Assembly (NCBI GenBank): GCA_002269645.1
Contig: NIVC01003945.1
Span: 1-64,000, forward strand
Length of the DNA stretch: 64,000 nt
DNA from: Macrostomum lignano
Taxonomy: Eukaryota
Reading direction: 5' to 3'
The position numbers and the translations under genes were made by a program. The notes below the pieces were generated by a model. It ran no database searches, was not told the DNA's origin, and worked only from the letters and a program-made list of their open reading frames with translations. Within the stretch, counting starts at the first letter, position 1. Each line of letters begins with the position of its first letter. Positions 27,713 to 42,093 of the stretch are shown piece by piece.

Positions 27713-30287
27713 AGGGAGATATACCCGAGCAGCACAAGAATATCAAGGACAGGCAATGAGATAAAACGGAATCGATATCAGAGCAGTCCCCAAGAGACTG
27801 ATCAATTGGCTAAGAGAGACAAAGTCCACGCCAATCTGAAGTCCGAATCTCCTACGGCCTCTTAGACAGACGGGCCTCTGAAACTCGAATAGTCGAGTTG
27901 AACACGGGAGCAAAAGCCAATGTCAGACAATCGCTTCAGTGTCTCGTCAAACGATTGCCTCAATCAATGGGATTCTGTGCCTAACAGCCCTCTCGTTTCC
28001 AGCAGCTCTCCTTTGGCCAGGCCGCATGCCAGAAGAGATTTTCTGCACGCCTCTCCTATGCCTGAAAATCGATGTTTCCGTAAAAGCTCAAAATGGCTCA
28101 GTCTCCGTGTCTTGTCTCGCTTGTATGCTTGTTTTGCCCAAATATGAGACGATGTCTCAGCAAATTCCATCTGTGCTGCATCCCGCTACCCATCTCCTGT
28201 CTATCAGCAGTCGCAGCCACCGATTCTTGCAGAAGCTTCCCAGCCTCAGAGCTCTTATTGCTGATGGAGCTGCAACATGACCAATTTAAACACCTGCAGG
28301 TTCCGCTGCAGAACTGCCCGATCCGTGGTATACGGAAATGCGCAAAATGTGGCCCCAAACAGAGTACTTCTCGCAGCAGAGTTCTATTTTAGGATTTTGC
28401 CTGAGGCTACTTTACGGCTGAAATTTTATAGACTCCAATATTTTGCTCAATGGGTGCGCTGGCGTCCCCTGCGGATGCGATAAAAATCTGTCTGGGATCT
28501 CAAATGCAGCACAAAGGAAAAGTCAAAACAGCTCAGGGGGCACGGAAGCTCGCAGCATCTCAATTTGATAGCGCTGAGCACTCTGAGGCTGCGGACTAAT
28601 CTTCTGCCTGAGACTTGAGCATAGGCTGATCAGGGTTCTGCAGCAGTCATCTGGCCCGTGCGCTCTTTATTTATCATCCAGACGTTCAATTTCTAAATTA
28701 AATACTTCGTTTTAATGTTTTTAGACCTAAAATTGCACTTAACGAACTTGAAAATTGACTGACACTCGGAATGCAATTATGAGAAATGATTTGGAAAGAC
28801 TGCCGAACAACTGAAGAAAGGTGAGCAGGAAAAACAAGGCATTGAAAAACAGCTATTAAGTAGGCGGATAATTTATAATCATAAAAGGAGATGCGATGAC
28901 AGATTGACCGCATGAATGAAATCTGAACGAACTTAATAATTAGGCAGCAGAACAGGCACCCTGTAATCTCATCAGCCAGAACAATGGCGGTAATGAGAAA
29001 AGATTGTTCATCATTAGCTTGGCTAATTGCAATGAGTGGTTGACAGCCCTCGCTTTTTGTTGAAAGTCAAAAGATCAAAGAGAGCACCGTAGCTGGAGTA
29101 CAAATAAATCAACTGGATAAAACTTACCCCCAGTGCTGACTGATTGCTGTTGCTCTCCTTGGCCAAGAGGGTCACTAAGCCCTAGGACGATGCAACATTC
29201 ACTACTCTCACTACTCACTACTCAATTATTTGGGATGATTTCAAGGTGACAGGAACAAACGCTTGGCTGAACCGAAGGTCCCCGCGTGCGGTGGGAGATA
29301 ATTGGAGCTTTACTGAGCATACTGACCCGTGTTGGTGCGCAAGTCTTCGGTAGACAAGCAGTCATTGCGGGCCCGAACCTCCTGAGGCCTCAGCAGCCTG
29401 TTCTCTATTAGAGAAACATGTGCACAAACCCCAAAATGACACCGCTAGGAATTTGAGGCGGTAACCAGGGACTAATTCGAACCAGGACTGGCGACTTTTT
29501 CAAGCCAAGAAAAGTTATTCGGGTCAGGTGGAGCAGCCGCAGGAAAGTACTTATATTAGCTGAATCGAAATCAATTTTAGCTATTTTATTACTCACATGC
29601 TGCAGGCCAGACTGCTTCCCAAGCTGTGAGATTCTTTTATCCCTTTGTCTAACTCCGCTAACTTTATTACAGTGAACTCTCTTAGCACTATTCAGCGAGT
29701 CTAGGATAGGTTTCTGAGATCCCTACCAGCTGCTGCACAGACTCGTAATTAGGCCTTTGTAGTGCCGCCCGGGACCAGGATTCCACTGCTCCTGTCTGTT
29801 TATCCAGCAGACTCCGCTGTGATACCTCTATAGCGTACTAATTGAATGCATTAGGAGCCAACGCCAGTTTCCTACGGAGAGATCCTTATTACCAAGCCAT
29901 GCCCTGCTCAGCTCAGACACGCGGCACACAAATGAGCAGAAATGAAAGAGAATAAGAACCGGGAAGCAAATATGAAGTAAAGCAATTTTCTGCGTCGCCG
30001 TAGGGCAAGTGCTGATAAGTTATATTTCCGAGTATATACTGCATCTGTTGGTCCGCAGACTGTGCAGTAGAATGAGATTGTGCGCAAAGTATATTTGCAG
30101 TCTGCGCAAAACAAATAGTTCCACCAGCCTACTTGCATTATATAGCAAATTCTACACAACATTGGTTACCATGCATATCAGACAGAAGACACCGAGCTCG
30201 CATGACTATATTTTGCAAAGGATAGCTACAACAGCGACACTTCAGTTTGCACTGATCATCAGTTCAGTGTCGGCAGGATCCAAACGG

Positions 30288-31475
30288 TCACTGCTCCAAG
30301 ACTTCAACAATTGCAGCTTTAAAATCTGACTGCAGCGAAGGGGGCAGCGGCTTCGTCTGAGCCGGCTGCAGAGGCGGCCGTTGCTGCAGCGGGGCGCTGG
30401 GCCGATGCAGTGTCCGTCCGGTGGATCGGCAGAAGGCGGCCCCGCCGCTGCCGCCCGAGTCCACGCCGCGCTGAAAGATCTGGCAGAAATTCTTGCGAAA
30501 ATTCTCCGAGCTGAAAAAGTACACGAACCCGTTGATGCCGTTGTTTAGCGAGGCGAGCATTACGAACAGCAGGCCGGCTGTGTAGGCCTGTTCGCGCATG
30601 TTGGATTTCCAACTGTACGTTGCCTCAAGAATCTCAAAGACGCACTGCGGCATGGTGAGCAGGATGTGTATGATGCACACGGGCACCAGGAGGCGATTCA
30701 CGTGCGTGCCCGTGGTGGTCGCGGCTGAAGGTCGCGTTGAAGCGCTGCTGCTTTTGTGGCAGAGCGACCTGCGCTGCTGCAGGTTCTGAGCTTGATGGTG
30801 GCATCCGCTGGATATCGACATCTGCTGCCGGCGCCGGTTGGCTCTGGCGATGATGCGGATGAGTGTCACGTTGAAGACGGTCAGCAGCAGGAAGGGCAGC
30901 AGGCTGTACAAGCTCAGCGTCGTGATGAAGAACGCGAGGCGGAATTTCTTATCGTTGCTGTCGCACCTGTCCACTCTGATACCGTCGTTGTAGCGAATAA
31001 CGCTCAGCTTGAATATGATGACCACGTTCTTGGCGAGCAGGATCAGCATTGAGCAGGACCACACCGCCAGCTTGAGTCTTCGGCGGTAGTACAGACTGGA
31101 CTTGTGCGGCCATTTGGCGAACAAGAACCGTTCAAGAGTCATCAGCACGAGTATCCAAGTAGCCGCCTCCTTGAGGAAGTAGGTGAGGAAGGTGTGCACA
31201 ACGCAGAGAAAATCGCTCTCAAGCCTGATGTCCCGCTTCGACTGGGTGGCCAGCATGATGAAGTAGCGGATGGGGTTCACCAGCAGCACGCAGGTGTCGG
31301 CCACCGCCAGCAGGGTGAAGACATCGCGGGACTTGGACATGCTTCGAGTTCGCCGCATCACAACAATGACCATTATGTTGGACAGGCAGCCTATCAGCAT
31401 CAGAGTGGGATAGTAGGCCATGCCGAACACTCGAATTTGCCACGGCAGGCTCCCATTCGCGCTCGAATTGCTCAT
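30288..31475 (-). CDS. Class A (rhodopsin-like) GPCR, probable peptide-receptor type, intronless CDS, 395 aa
   Basis: Seven hydrophobic segments, N-glycosylation sites at the N-terminus, GCLSN (TM1), LAVADT (TM2), LERF (DRY equivalent), LLTMP (TM6), LNNGINGFVY (NPxxY variant), helix 8 SENFRK. Confidence 0.95.
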   Translation of the reverse strand: MSNSSANGSLPWQIRVFGMAYYPTLMLIGCLSNIMVIVVMRRTRSMSKSRDVFTLLAVADTCVLLVNPIRYFIMLATQSKRDIRLESDFLCVVHTFLTYFLKEAATWILVLMTLERFLFAKWPHKSSLYYRRRLKLAVWSCSMLILLAKNVVIIFKLSVIRYNDGIRVDRCDSNDKKFRLAFFITTLSLYSLLPFLLLTVFNVTLIRIIARANRRRQQMSISSGCHHQAQNLQQRRSLCHKSSSASTRPSAATTTGTHVNRLLVPVCIIHILLTMPQCVFEILEATYSWKSNMREQAYTAGLLFVMLASLNNGINGFVYFFSSENFRKNFCQIFQRGVDSGGSGGAAFCRSTGRTLHRPSAPLQQRPPLQPAQTKPLPPSLQSDFKAAIVEVLEQ

Positions 31476-34334
31476 GCGAAGCTTTTTTTGCCTTAGTTAC
31501 CTGCAGTGAGAGCAATAAGGGACTATTATATCTGTCGCTGTCTCTCTCGAAAAGCGTTTGCCGAGAGGGTTTGTCTGAATTTTTGAACGAAAAAAGCGCG
31601 TTTTAAACAGTTTGGCCTCCCCCCCCGCCGGAACTCAACTGTAATCGCTCACCTCTCCGTCCCTGCAGCAGCTTCGCCAACCCCAAGCCCGGGCCAGCTC
31701 GATTGCCACTGGCTCTCCTCAGGCAAAGGAGGGACGGCGTCTAAACCATCCAGCGAATGGACGCCGTTCTCGGCGGTTAGCAGGGGCGAAAGGAAAATTG
31801 TCAGTTGCGAGGGCGTCTGCAGGGAACGGATTAGATGAGGGGCTTTGACGTTCTGCGGGGGCGGAGAGGTGGCTGCTGCGTAGGAGGAGAGCAGGGATAG
31901 AGGGAGGCAGCGGCAGGCACCTCGTGACTGTCAGCTCGAGTTGAAGCAGCAGCCGATGCTCCGCCCCTAATAATGTCAAGTCCCTCTGCCTATCCGTTTC
32001 TGCAATTTGCATATTCACCTTTCCTACAGGCGTCCCCTAGTAACGCTTTGAACTCATTCATAGTTGTGCGCGGCAAATTTCCCATAGGCTGTCAATAAAA
32101 GAAAAAAATCTTCTTAGAGCTATTGCTCCTTTGTTTTGTCACCCGAGCGGAGAAAAATAACAATTTAGGCCGGCTAAATCATGCCGCAATGATGAATGGA
32201 CCGCGCATTTTTTGTTATTCGAATGCACTGGCAAAATTTGGTCAGCTCAACTGAAAACCTAGTAATTTATGACTAGGTTAGGTCCACGGCAAGAGCACTA
32301 GCATCAATGTGAATTCAAAAAACCTTTTCCGACCTGCCCGGAGATATGCATGTCGGTTAACAGCATAACAGTTAAGGAAATGCTTCTCCGGTCAACCGCT
32401 GGCTTCTGTACCGAAGGTTGGACCTCCAATTGGGGGTTTTTGCACGCATATTTTTTCTGCTGATTACCTTGTGTCTTACTGTAGTGTCAGCTTGCGTGTC
32501 GCTGTAGCAATTTTTCCACTCGAGCGGTCTGTTTGTAAACTTTCCTCCGATGAACTTGAGGAACTTTATCTTCCCGTCTTGTTTTTGCCTGACAGCCAGA
32601 GCCTGAAATTAATGATCGTGCAGCTGAGAGGCGGGCTGGGACTCTCCGAAGCACGTAATCCGTGACTTCTGGAGCAGTTTTATTGTAACGACATTTTTGG
32701 ATATTTTGTCCGCAGTAAATCACAAGTCCACAAATCAAGAATCTTGAATGTTGAAAACACAGAAAAATATGCAATATTTTAAAGCTATTGAGACCGTGCC
32801 TCTGTAGATACAAATTTGACTCCAACGAGTATTAGACAGCTCAATGCCCAGACCACGAGGCCAACACAAGGGCGCACCTATCACTGCGCCTGCACCTGCT
32901 GCAGCAGAACGTGCTTCTTTTGACGCTACAGGGGCAGCGCTATGATCTACCTGGCAAACTGCAGTCGCAGGAGGGCTTTGAAATAAGACAAAAGTCAGCC
33001 AGCAGCCAGCAAGGAGGCAGAGACATGCCCATTTTTAACCCTCGGCACGCAAAGTCATATGGATGCGTACACAGGTACTCTTTCATACAGAAGGGACGCA
33101 TGCGCACTGTGAGCTTTGGGGGCTGGCACTATTGGCGTCAATCGCTCGGGAAGCCTTAGGCAAGGAATCGAACCCAAGGTCTGTATAAGTACAATTGCCG
33201 GGCACGCTTTCACTCTACTTCTCTGCCCCCGCGTCATCTGGCTGATGACTCACGAGGTGATCCCGAATGAATTTTCGGCAGGAGCAGGTCCGATCCTTCT
33301 ACGTCTTTGCGTGGGAATCGGAACTGGTTTTTTGGCCGGTCACGTGATTTTGCTTCGCTTTTAGCGAGCCAGCTGGAGCAAATATAGCTGCTTTGCCTTT
33401 TCTAAAGGGCTTCTCAAATTATTCAAGAAGCCGCAATAACAAAAATGCAGCCCTGTTTCATCCGATAGACTGCTACTACAAGCTTTCACTCAAATTAGGT
33501 TACTTTCTCTGAATATATTAAAAATAGCTAACTCTGCGCTGAAATCCTAAATTTCCTCCGTTGAAAGTGTAAGACGTCTTCTCCGCTCGCTGTATTCATT
33601 AGTCTATGGTCCGAGTTACATTTGAAGTTGATTCGCCGAGAATTTCTCGTTTCTGAAAAACTCGGAATTTGCCTTAACTTGCATTGATGCTGCTATGCAT
33701 ATGCAAATGCTATGCAGCTATCGAAAGCGTTGTCAAAAATCTGTTCTCAACTGTGCCAACTGCCGACACGACACACAACACGACAGTCTTCGGCGAACAT
33801 GCGACTAAGGCTGGTGGAAGGAGGCGTAAGCAAAGCGATAGCCGCTCAAACGATAGAACGAATTAGCAAAAAGGCGGCAGAACACACATTTACGTACATG
33901 TAATTCGGAAAATAATACATGTATGTCAGCTGTACTCTAGTCCGAGCGTGCCATAGACGGCTGGCAGAGCGCCTCGGCTACATGGCGCGCGCGCGCCAAT
34001 GCATGATTAAATTGAGTGCTCGCAGGATCAACTAGGCTGCAAAATTCTATAATGAGAATGGAGTGCCAAGGTAGTGTGGCTCTGAATGCTTTTAGTTGAA
34101 TTTTCAATCTCTACTAAAGAGGGACTCTGATAAAGAGTGCAGTAAATGCGTATTCAATAATTCAGTCCAGAATTGGCAAGTGAAGCGAATTGACTGCGCG
34201 CTTTGATGGATGGAAAATCACAAGATATTTTTCCATTTTACCAATTAACAAGGATGAATACGGAATTAAGTGCATTAGAGGACATGCAGGGTTCAATGCT
34301 GAGGTCATAGAGGTAACGAGGAAGCAATCTGGCG

Positions 34335-34800
34335 TTGTACTGCGACACAAAAGCTGTAAAAGAGGTACCGCGGCCTGTCAAACTTCTTCGAGATATTCTC
34401 TGGGTGCTCCAAGGAGATACGTTAGCGCCGTTTCTGTTCCTTCTGGTGTTTGACTGGGCGTTGCGAACTGCTCTGCCTTGCAACACGGACGGCTTTCTTC
34501 TGCGGCGACGCCGAAACTTTGAGGCTGACGGATTCGCTCGAACAGCAAGTTGACGCCTTCTGCCCGCCACCTTCAAGATTGCTAACGAGTGAACCAATAC
34601 GGCGTTCTATCGCTGCGACGCCCTGGCCAATTCAAGCGACTCTAGCTGGCAGGCCACATCATCCGTAACCGAGTCTTGTTGCCCACAACCGGTGCAGGAG
34701 GTGCGGCTGCTGACGCTGCTGGCACCCTACCGGCGAGGACAGGCGCGTGCTCTTTGCGTTTCAGATGCTGCATTCTGGCTGACGTCGGAGCGGCCTATAT
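34335..34800 (+). mobile_element. Degenerate RTE-type LINE reverse-transcriptase fragment
   Basis: VLQGDTLAPFLFLLVFDWALR (RT domain motif) and a downstream frameshifted LAGHIIR..CPQPVQEV. Confidence 0.8.
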
Positions 34801-37800
34801 TCGTGCACAAACCCTAAGGCGGGTATTGTGACGCTGCTATGACTGTCTACATGTACGAGCGTTTTGAATGTACGAGCGTTTTGAATTTTTTATACTTGCG
34901 TTGCCAGTGTAAAATGCAAACCTATTGAGATGGCAAGTAGAGATTTATTGCCGCTGTCGCGGCCTTGGCAGCACCCTGCCTTAATAAGGCACTCATGCGA
35001 TGCAGACTACAATAAAACGATGCTCCGTTGAGCTTATCAGCTTATATTGTGGCAGAGTCGTATAATTTTCATGATTCATTTGCGTGATAAATTTTCCGAA
35101 TAAAATTGGACGCCATTTCGAAAGCCGGAGCGACCGCAGCCCAGCAGCTCGGGGACCATCTTTTGAGTCCGCAATCGAAAACACGATATTTCCATCTTGC
35201 GCAGGCCGGGGGGCGAGCCGGATTTCAAGTTGAAATAAATTATGCAATTAGGCCCACCAGAAATTGGCACTTAAATTCGGAGAGCGGCGGTCTCTGCTAT
35301 CCGTGTCAGCTGATTCAGCCGGGTTTTAGTGTTAATCTCGATTTGTCACTTTTCGACGGTCGAATGTTGATGCTCTGCTGCTTCCTGCGGTGCCGTTGGT
35401 TCAGCATCAAATCGCGTAGCCACTGAATAGTCTAGCACCATTTATACTGACTCATTATTATAATATTATTCTATTGTTGAGTTAATGTGATTCTGTAGTC
35501 TGAATTCATGAACTGGGAATCACTGTGAGCTGCCCAGACACTTGGTCAGGGAGGCTGGGCATTATGGATATCCTCTGCCTTCTCCAGTAGGGAAACATTC
35601 TTCCAGTTCATGATTAGCATTATGACGCAGATTTCGATCTTGACGGGCGAGGCTTTATCTCGCATGCAATTGAGTCTGCGGAGCAATGACGATGAGGATT
35701 TAGGAAGCCAATGAGAAGCTGGGGGAATGGTCATGATGCCGCAATCAGCGCGGGCATAATTGCTTGACTTGGCGCAAATGAGAAACCGCCCGGGGGCAGT
35801 CCATTTATCTTTCTTAACAAATTGCTTTCTGATCTGCCTTATTCTGGGTATTTGGTTCATTTTGGCTTGTCAGAAATATGTCTGTCTGGCTACATCTGTC
35901 CTTAGCATGCCACTTCCTGCTATGACACAATATGCATAGCATGTTATTGGCAGATGAGATTCCACGTCTATAAACACAGCTCCAAGGAGGAGTGGGGTCC
36001 GAACACAGTCTACTAATTGACAGCAGGGAAGTCCGCTTGCACTGCCCCTGCTGCTGCACTTTCTGTTGTTTGCGCAGTCTTGCTGAGCATTAGCAAGGCC
36101 TTAAAAGCGCGATTCAATCGTTAAAATAAACCGCGGAAAGTGAATTTGACTTGTAAAATGCAATATAAAGCAGCAGGGGAGGACGCACTGATCCACGAAG
36201 GGACACTGCCTAAAAAGCGGCAGTTCCTATATGGAAGCCATTTTCAAGTCACCCGTAAAACGCCATGTTTTTTCTTGAAACAGCAGGATTACTCCAGACA
36301 TTGGCAGCAAATGATTAGCGAACACCGCTTGCACACGGGAGATCAGAGTGAGGCTGCACTGTTTGGTCTTATAAAACTTAATCTTGAGACAAGCAGAGCA
36401 GCTAGGCTAGCTAGGCAACATATTCGTACAAGTAAAAACATACTCTGATATTTTAAAAATTCAATAGAGTCTTCACCATCTGGTTGAAACGATCAGTATT
36501 GTGAGGAGAAAATTTTCACTAACACCCGGGCATTGCAGGTTGTTCTCTGTTTGCTGACTCTGTTTCCTCGCATCCTGGGATTTGACCATTCCGGAGCAAA
36601 CTGGACAAATTTTTAGCTGCTTTTGGTATTCATTGGGCTGGGGTTGGGCTGACAGGAAGTGGCTGTAGACTCGCTTAGCCCGGGTGCTGCAGTTTCCCAT
36701 GCAACCCATGAGGAAGTGGGAGAATTCATTCCTTGTGGCTCCATGCTTGGTAACTGCCGTCCCTGGCAGATCACACTGCATCTGCGGTCTGCTCGCCGCC
36801 TAGCTACTCACAGACTGCTTTTCCATTAGTGCCGCACACGGCTCAGCCTTGGGCTCAGCAGCTGGCAATGGCATATGACCATTAGCCAGATGTTTGAAGT
36901 GTCAATCAATGCGGTGTGTTAGACTAAGGTCCAGGGCCGCGTTAGCATCCCCATTTTGATGTCGTCTCTCTTCTCTCTGCACTATAATAGATCAGCGAAA
37001 TTTGACCTGTTCCAATCTTCAAGTCCGGGCAAGCACCACAGCTCCAGAGCCGAGCTCCAGAGCCTAATGGCGCCAATCTGTGCAAAGTAATTCATGGAAT
37101 GGGAAGTATACTTTATGCCTTAGATAATGCTAAGCCCCCAGCTACTGCTGTTTATGGTTTTCTAGATTAAATTTTATGAGCCAAGCTATCTCTGCGAATG
37201 CTAGCTCGTAAAGAGTGTTCACCCTGGATCCTGTAGAATAGGATTCAGAGACTCGCGGAATGGGAAAAATACTGATAGAAGTTGGCGCCGCAACCGGCCC
37301 CTGGTCATAGATCTGCATCCACCCAAACTGAATGAATTTCAAGGTAGCGTTCGATCCTGGGGAAAAGGCTCTCTACGGACCCCAGGGCTGCTGAGGTGCC
37401 TGTACTGGTCTCCGGACCGCTGAAGGGGACCATGGAAGCTGCCACCACCTGTCATGAGCAGGCGCACCGCCATTCCCACTCTAACGAGGCAGGGGCCTCC
37501 CCCAATGACCGGAGCATTTGATCGAGCTAGTCAGGGAGCTGGCCATAGCCGAAGATGGGACTCTGCTTGGGTGTTTATCGAGAGTCTGCTACACTCATCA
37601 GAGCACTTCTCACCATGGGATCCTTGTGACTGGGACAGACAAAAATACCAGCGTGTCAGACTACTAAAAGTGGTATGAGAGAATATGAACCCTATAGTTT
37701 CCAGATGATCAGTGCGAGAATGGCCCTATGTCCAGGGATTGTGATACTTCCGGCCCTTCCAATGCTAACAAATCTCTGCTACTCACGCTCACACTCGCGG

Positions 37801-39669
37801 ACTGCTAGTGGACTGCTAGTGGTCCTTGCGAGCAGCTTAATAATAGTAGTAAATTCTGCGGTTAACAGGGCACAGGCCTGAGTGCGACCGAAGATGCTCG
37901 ACCTTGCTGATGCTGGCTGCTGATGCCGCAGGCAGGCTGTTGCTGCTGCTGTGTGTGTGTGTGTCGCCGGAACGAGTCCCCGATCAGAGCCACTCCGGGT
38001 GGGCTGACGAAGGGCTTCGTGTTCCGAATCAACCGAGTGTTCGTTTGTCTGGGAGAGGTTCCCTGGCTCCCATCCGCCGCTTAAAGGCCCTCGGGAAATA
38101 GGATAGGTGCAAGGACCACTGAAGTCACTTCGTAGTCCTTGGATAGGTGTTGCTGCTGTTGCTGCCGGAACTAATATATCGTCACCAGTCAGGACAGAGA
38201 GTCACCGGTATAGTCCCCGGGAACGGACAGGAGTCAGTTTGGAGTCAGGAGGGATACGTCTTACGCTCTAATTAGGCATGCTGACACCAGAAAAAGCTTT
38301 GTGTCTTCCAAATCCCAGTGTTCCGCGATGAATCAAAAAGTCCTACAACCTAGGCCAACCTCTGCGTTTTTATCGGAATCGTTGAATAGTGCAACAACTT
38401 TATATAAACCCCAATCACTGGCTCAAAAACAAAAATCATGAAATGTAAATCACAACAGTTGCAAAAGCGCCGTACATCAAAGTGGCGTTTTTAGCGATCT
38501 CTAACGTTTTTTGGTTTACTATCGCTCATGTTTAGTTTAGAAACTGAAAAGCCCTAGTGTGATATATATACAGGTCTATAATGAGTACGGGTCTTCCATT
38601 ACGATTCAAAATGTTAAAAAATCACATTTAATGACGAAGGCCAATAACTGAGTTGAAATTGAACACAAATCAGTTATAGGTTTACGCTTTAACGATTTTA
38701 ACAACGAAAGGCATAAAATTGCTACTTTTGTGTGTTAAAATTAAACTTATTTTGCATTTAAGTATTTTTAACATTTTATTAATTTCAGAATTTCGTTTAG
38801 AAAAAGAAATTTGCTGCAAATTCTCTTTTTGAATTTTTCGTGGGAACCTGTACCACGTGTGTAGTTTCTTGGAGTTTTTTGTTCGTATGCGTATAGGCCT
38901 TTAGTGTATGAATATTTCAGAAAAAAACTTGCTCTTAATTCTGCCATTGAAATGTACGAATTTACTGTTCGTGCCTCACGCTTTGCCTATAAATTGTGCA
39001 CAAATAAATATTTACATATTTGCATAATACTAATAGCTAAATGCAAATAGAAATAGGCTTAAACATTGTACTTGTGAGAATATTCGTCAGACATTTTCAG
39101 ACCATGCATTTTGACTTTAATGATTTTTATGCATTAATAAATACTAGCCTAATATTTTAGTATATTAAAAACATATACTTCTATGGTCTATCCATTTGGC
39201 ATTTGGTCTGTCCTTTGCGGTCCTTAAAAGTAAATTAGGAAGTTTAGTCTATTAATAAAGAATTATTATTATTATTATTAATAAAGAACTTTCAAAATGT
39301 GTTGATTTCTAATTATTTTTGAATATGAAATTGTTATAACCAAAGAAATTTTAACCAATGAAGACTATAATGTGATATATAATGCTGTTTAGCTCCATTT
39401 TTTGTGCATCAAATAATTTACATTTAAATTTAGTTTAAAATTGACTGTTGCATTCTTGATTGATTTTTCTAGATTTATGATGAATATTTTCCTAACTATT
39501 CTCTCTCAAAGTGGGTTGAATGCTCTATAGGTATGCATAGTTGATGGGTATTTGCTAACTAGTTTATTAAACATTGCTATATTCCTATATTCTCTAAATA
39601 CATGCTGCTACAATTAAGTTTCAGCAATTTTTCAAAGACTAGCAAATCAAAGGAATATACACTGCCTAC

Positions 39670-41526
39670 ATGTGGATTCAGTATTTTGTCTGCCAGATCT
39701 CTCTAACAGTTACTTGGCTGCCAATAAATCTTGCAACATTTATTGATAACCAGGCTCTATATAGTCTGAACTGGCAAGAGTTCAATCATGTAAGTTGAGA
39801 TTCACGTCCAAATCCATTTGTTTTTTTTATGCAGCATCCAACAGTTGAACATTCCAGGACCCATCGCCGGCTGAATATGAGATTGCGACAATGCGAACTA
39901 ACCAAAACGAACTTTACAACTGCCATGTGCCAACGAAAGTAATCGAGAAATTCAATGTAAGCATTCGGTTTCTTTGTCTACTTTGCTTCTTAGTCAGGGT
40001 TGCCTGCTTGTAGAAAGGGGCCTGACTGCTTGCCTCCTTGCTCTCTGCCGGTCGACTAACTGCTTGTTTTGCGGCAGTTCCCACAGCCCCGGCAACTACT
40101 TGTAGCTAATAACGAGTCGCCGTTCCTGCTTTTTGTGTGACCGCCTGGCCCCTCCTTGGCATTTCAACTCAAAGGCCTCCGACACCTTCGTTGTGAACGA
40201 AGCCGCATTAGAAGCCGCTCGCTGGCTGCTGCTGCCGCTGCTGAGCACCGAGTCTCCCGAATCTCCGATTGAAGAGCCCGATGAAGACACCTGCTGGCAG
40301 CTGCTGACCACGGCCAGCGTGCCCGGCGAGTTTTGGCAGCGCAGCCGAGACGTTGTCTACAAATTGTGTAGCATCGCGCACGGCGGCCAGGTGCAACTGC
40401 TTAGCCAAGACGGCAGCAGCGGCGTCTGGAACATCGGTGGCTTCCCAGACGGCGGCGACGTGGCGGACGAAATCGCCGCCGCTCTGCGCCCGGGACCGCC
40501 GGGCAGCTTCGTTGAAGTTGACAGCAGGCACCGGCTGGCGTTCGTCGAGCTGACTTTAGACTCCGGCGGCGATGCCTGCCCTGATGACCCCGGAGTCAAT
40601 TTGTCAACGATTCTGCGATTTGCTTGCGGCACCAAGCCCGGCCTGGTGTCGGCTGTTCAGCCCGGACCGTGTCGGCACCGACTGCTGCTGCTGACGCCGC
40701 TGCTGTGCGGTCAGCCTGCGTTTCGGCCGAGGCCGGCCCGGTTGAACCGCATCGCGTGTCGACGAGTTTCTCCTAAAAGCGGGTACGTCAAAGTTCTGGG
40801 TTTTTTACACTGCGTGTTTCTAAGATGCAGATACTTCAGCTTAACATTCTCAGGTGACCAATATGGATGCGCAGATGCTGGATTGCCCAGTAAAATAAAA
40901 CTTTTACAGCAAAACTCCAGCTTGAACTGCCTCTATCCCACACATTCTTAGCCTTCTTGTAGATCTTCCTGCATGGATAGGTTGGCCACCATTCTAAATA
41001 TTCAGGCTGGGCCACCGCCATCCTCCCATTTCCTTCCAAATTCTTAGGCTGGGTTACCACCTTCAAGATACTCAGTCTGGGTTACCACCTTCGAGATCAT
41101 CCGGCTGGGCCGCACCCTCCCAAAGTCAGAAGATTTCATCCTTTTATAAGTGTTAAAATCAGGATTACAGGACCCCTTCCTCAGGAGGGAATCCAACATT
41201 CACTTGAATTTTCCCAATGCAATCAGCAGCGCCAAGTCGGGGCCGCCCAGATCTCTGGCCGAGCTGGAGGCCAGCCGGGATCACGTACGGCTGTCCAGCC
41301 TGTTGCTGGGTTCCAGGGGCTCGTCAGGCGGCACCAGTAAGCTGCGGCTTGGCGTTGGAGACGCGTCGTCTGAGGTGAGCTCGTGTTGGCTCCGGGGAAT
41401 GCAGCGGTTGCGGCTCTCAGCTCACAGCTCACGGATGCTCTTCTTCCTCCTCAATTGCAGACTGTGATCTTCTGGTCCAGCAACGTACCCTGGCTATTGG
41501 ACGACGAAGAGACAGATGATAACTGA
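39670..41526 (+). CDS. OS-9/ERLEC1-like secreted/ER protein with a single MRH domain (about 340 aa, 5 exons)
   Basis: Phase-consistent exons 39670-39789 (signal peptide then LYSLNW), 39858-39938 (MRTNQNELYNCHVP), 40175-40782 (LLLPLL..C..FWQ..YKLC..GVW..GGDAC..STILRFACG..VQPGPCRH..TPLLC..NRIAC), 41227-41374 and 41461-41526. Confidence 0.82.
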
Positions 41527-41849
41527 TTTTGAACCTTTCAGTCCAATAGTTGCTACTTGTCAGTAGCGTGCTTCGGATCATTGCTACAGTTTCTTTCCAA
41601 TTCAATGTCGCATTTGTTTTCATGTTTAATATGAATTCTGTCTGTTCAAGCAAATTTGGAGCTTTCTTAGAAATTTGTTAGAAATTTGCGGCGTTTTTCT
41701 TTTCGGCTATATTGGATAAAATAATGAAGTAAATGTAAGAATGCAACATTGCAGGCATCGGTTTTGCTAAGATTCAGATTCTAAAAATGACTTTCATAAT
41801 CAAGCGAATGACAGCTTCTATTTTCGGTCTTCATTTATTTCTGCTAATA

Positions 41850-42093
<244 letters not shown>

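Noticed and set aside
26642-27865. Six long ORFs (160-355 aa) on both strands
   Set aside because: They are translations of a 19-bp minisatellite lacking stops in several frames, with no unique coding content.
36473-36781. LINE C-terminal zinc-knuckle-like HFLMGC segment; similar weak LINE and BED-finger hints at 44924-45200 and 47998-48216
   Set aside because: The similarities are limited to a few residues and cannot be distinguished from chance without a profile search.
37904-38101. Signal-peptide-like ORF as first exon of the MRH gene
   Set aside because: A better first exon with a signal peptide and LYSLNW exists at 39670-39789; this ORF relies on a TG microsatellite and has no clear donor.
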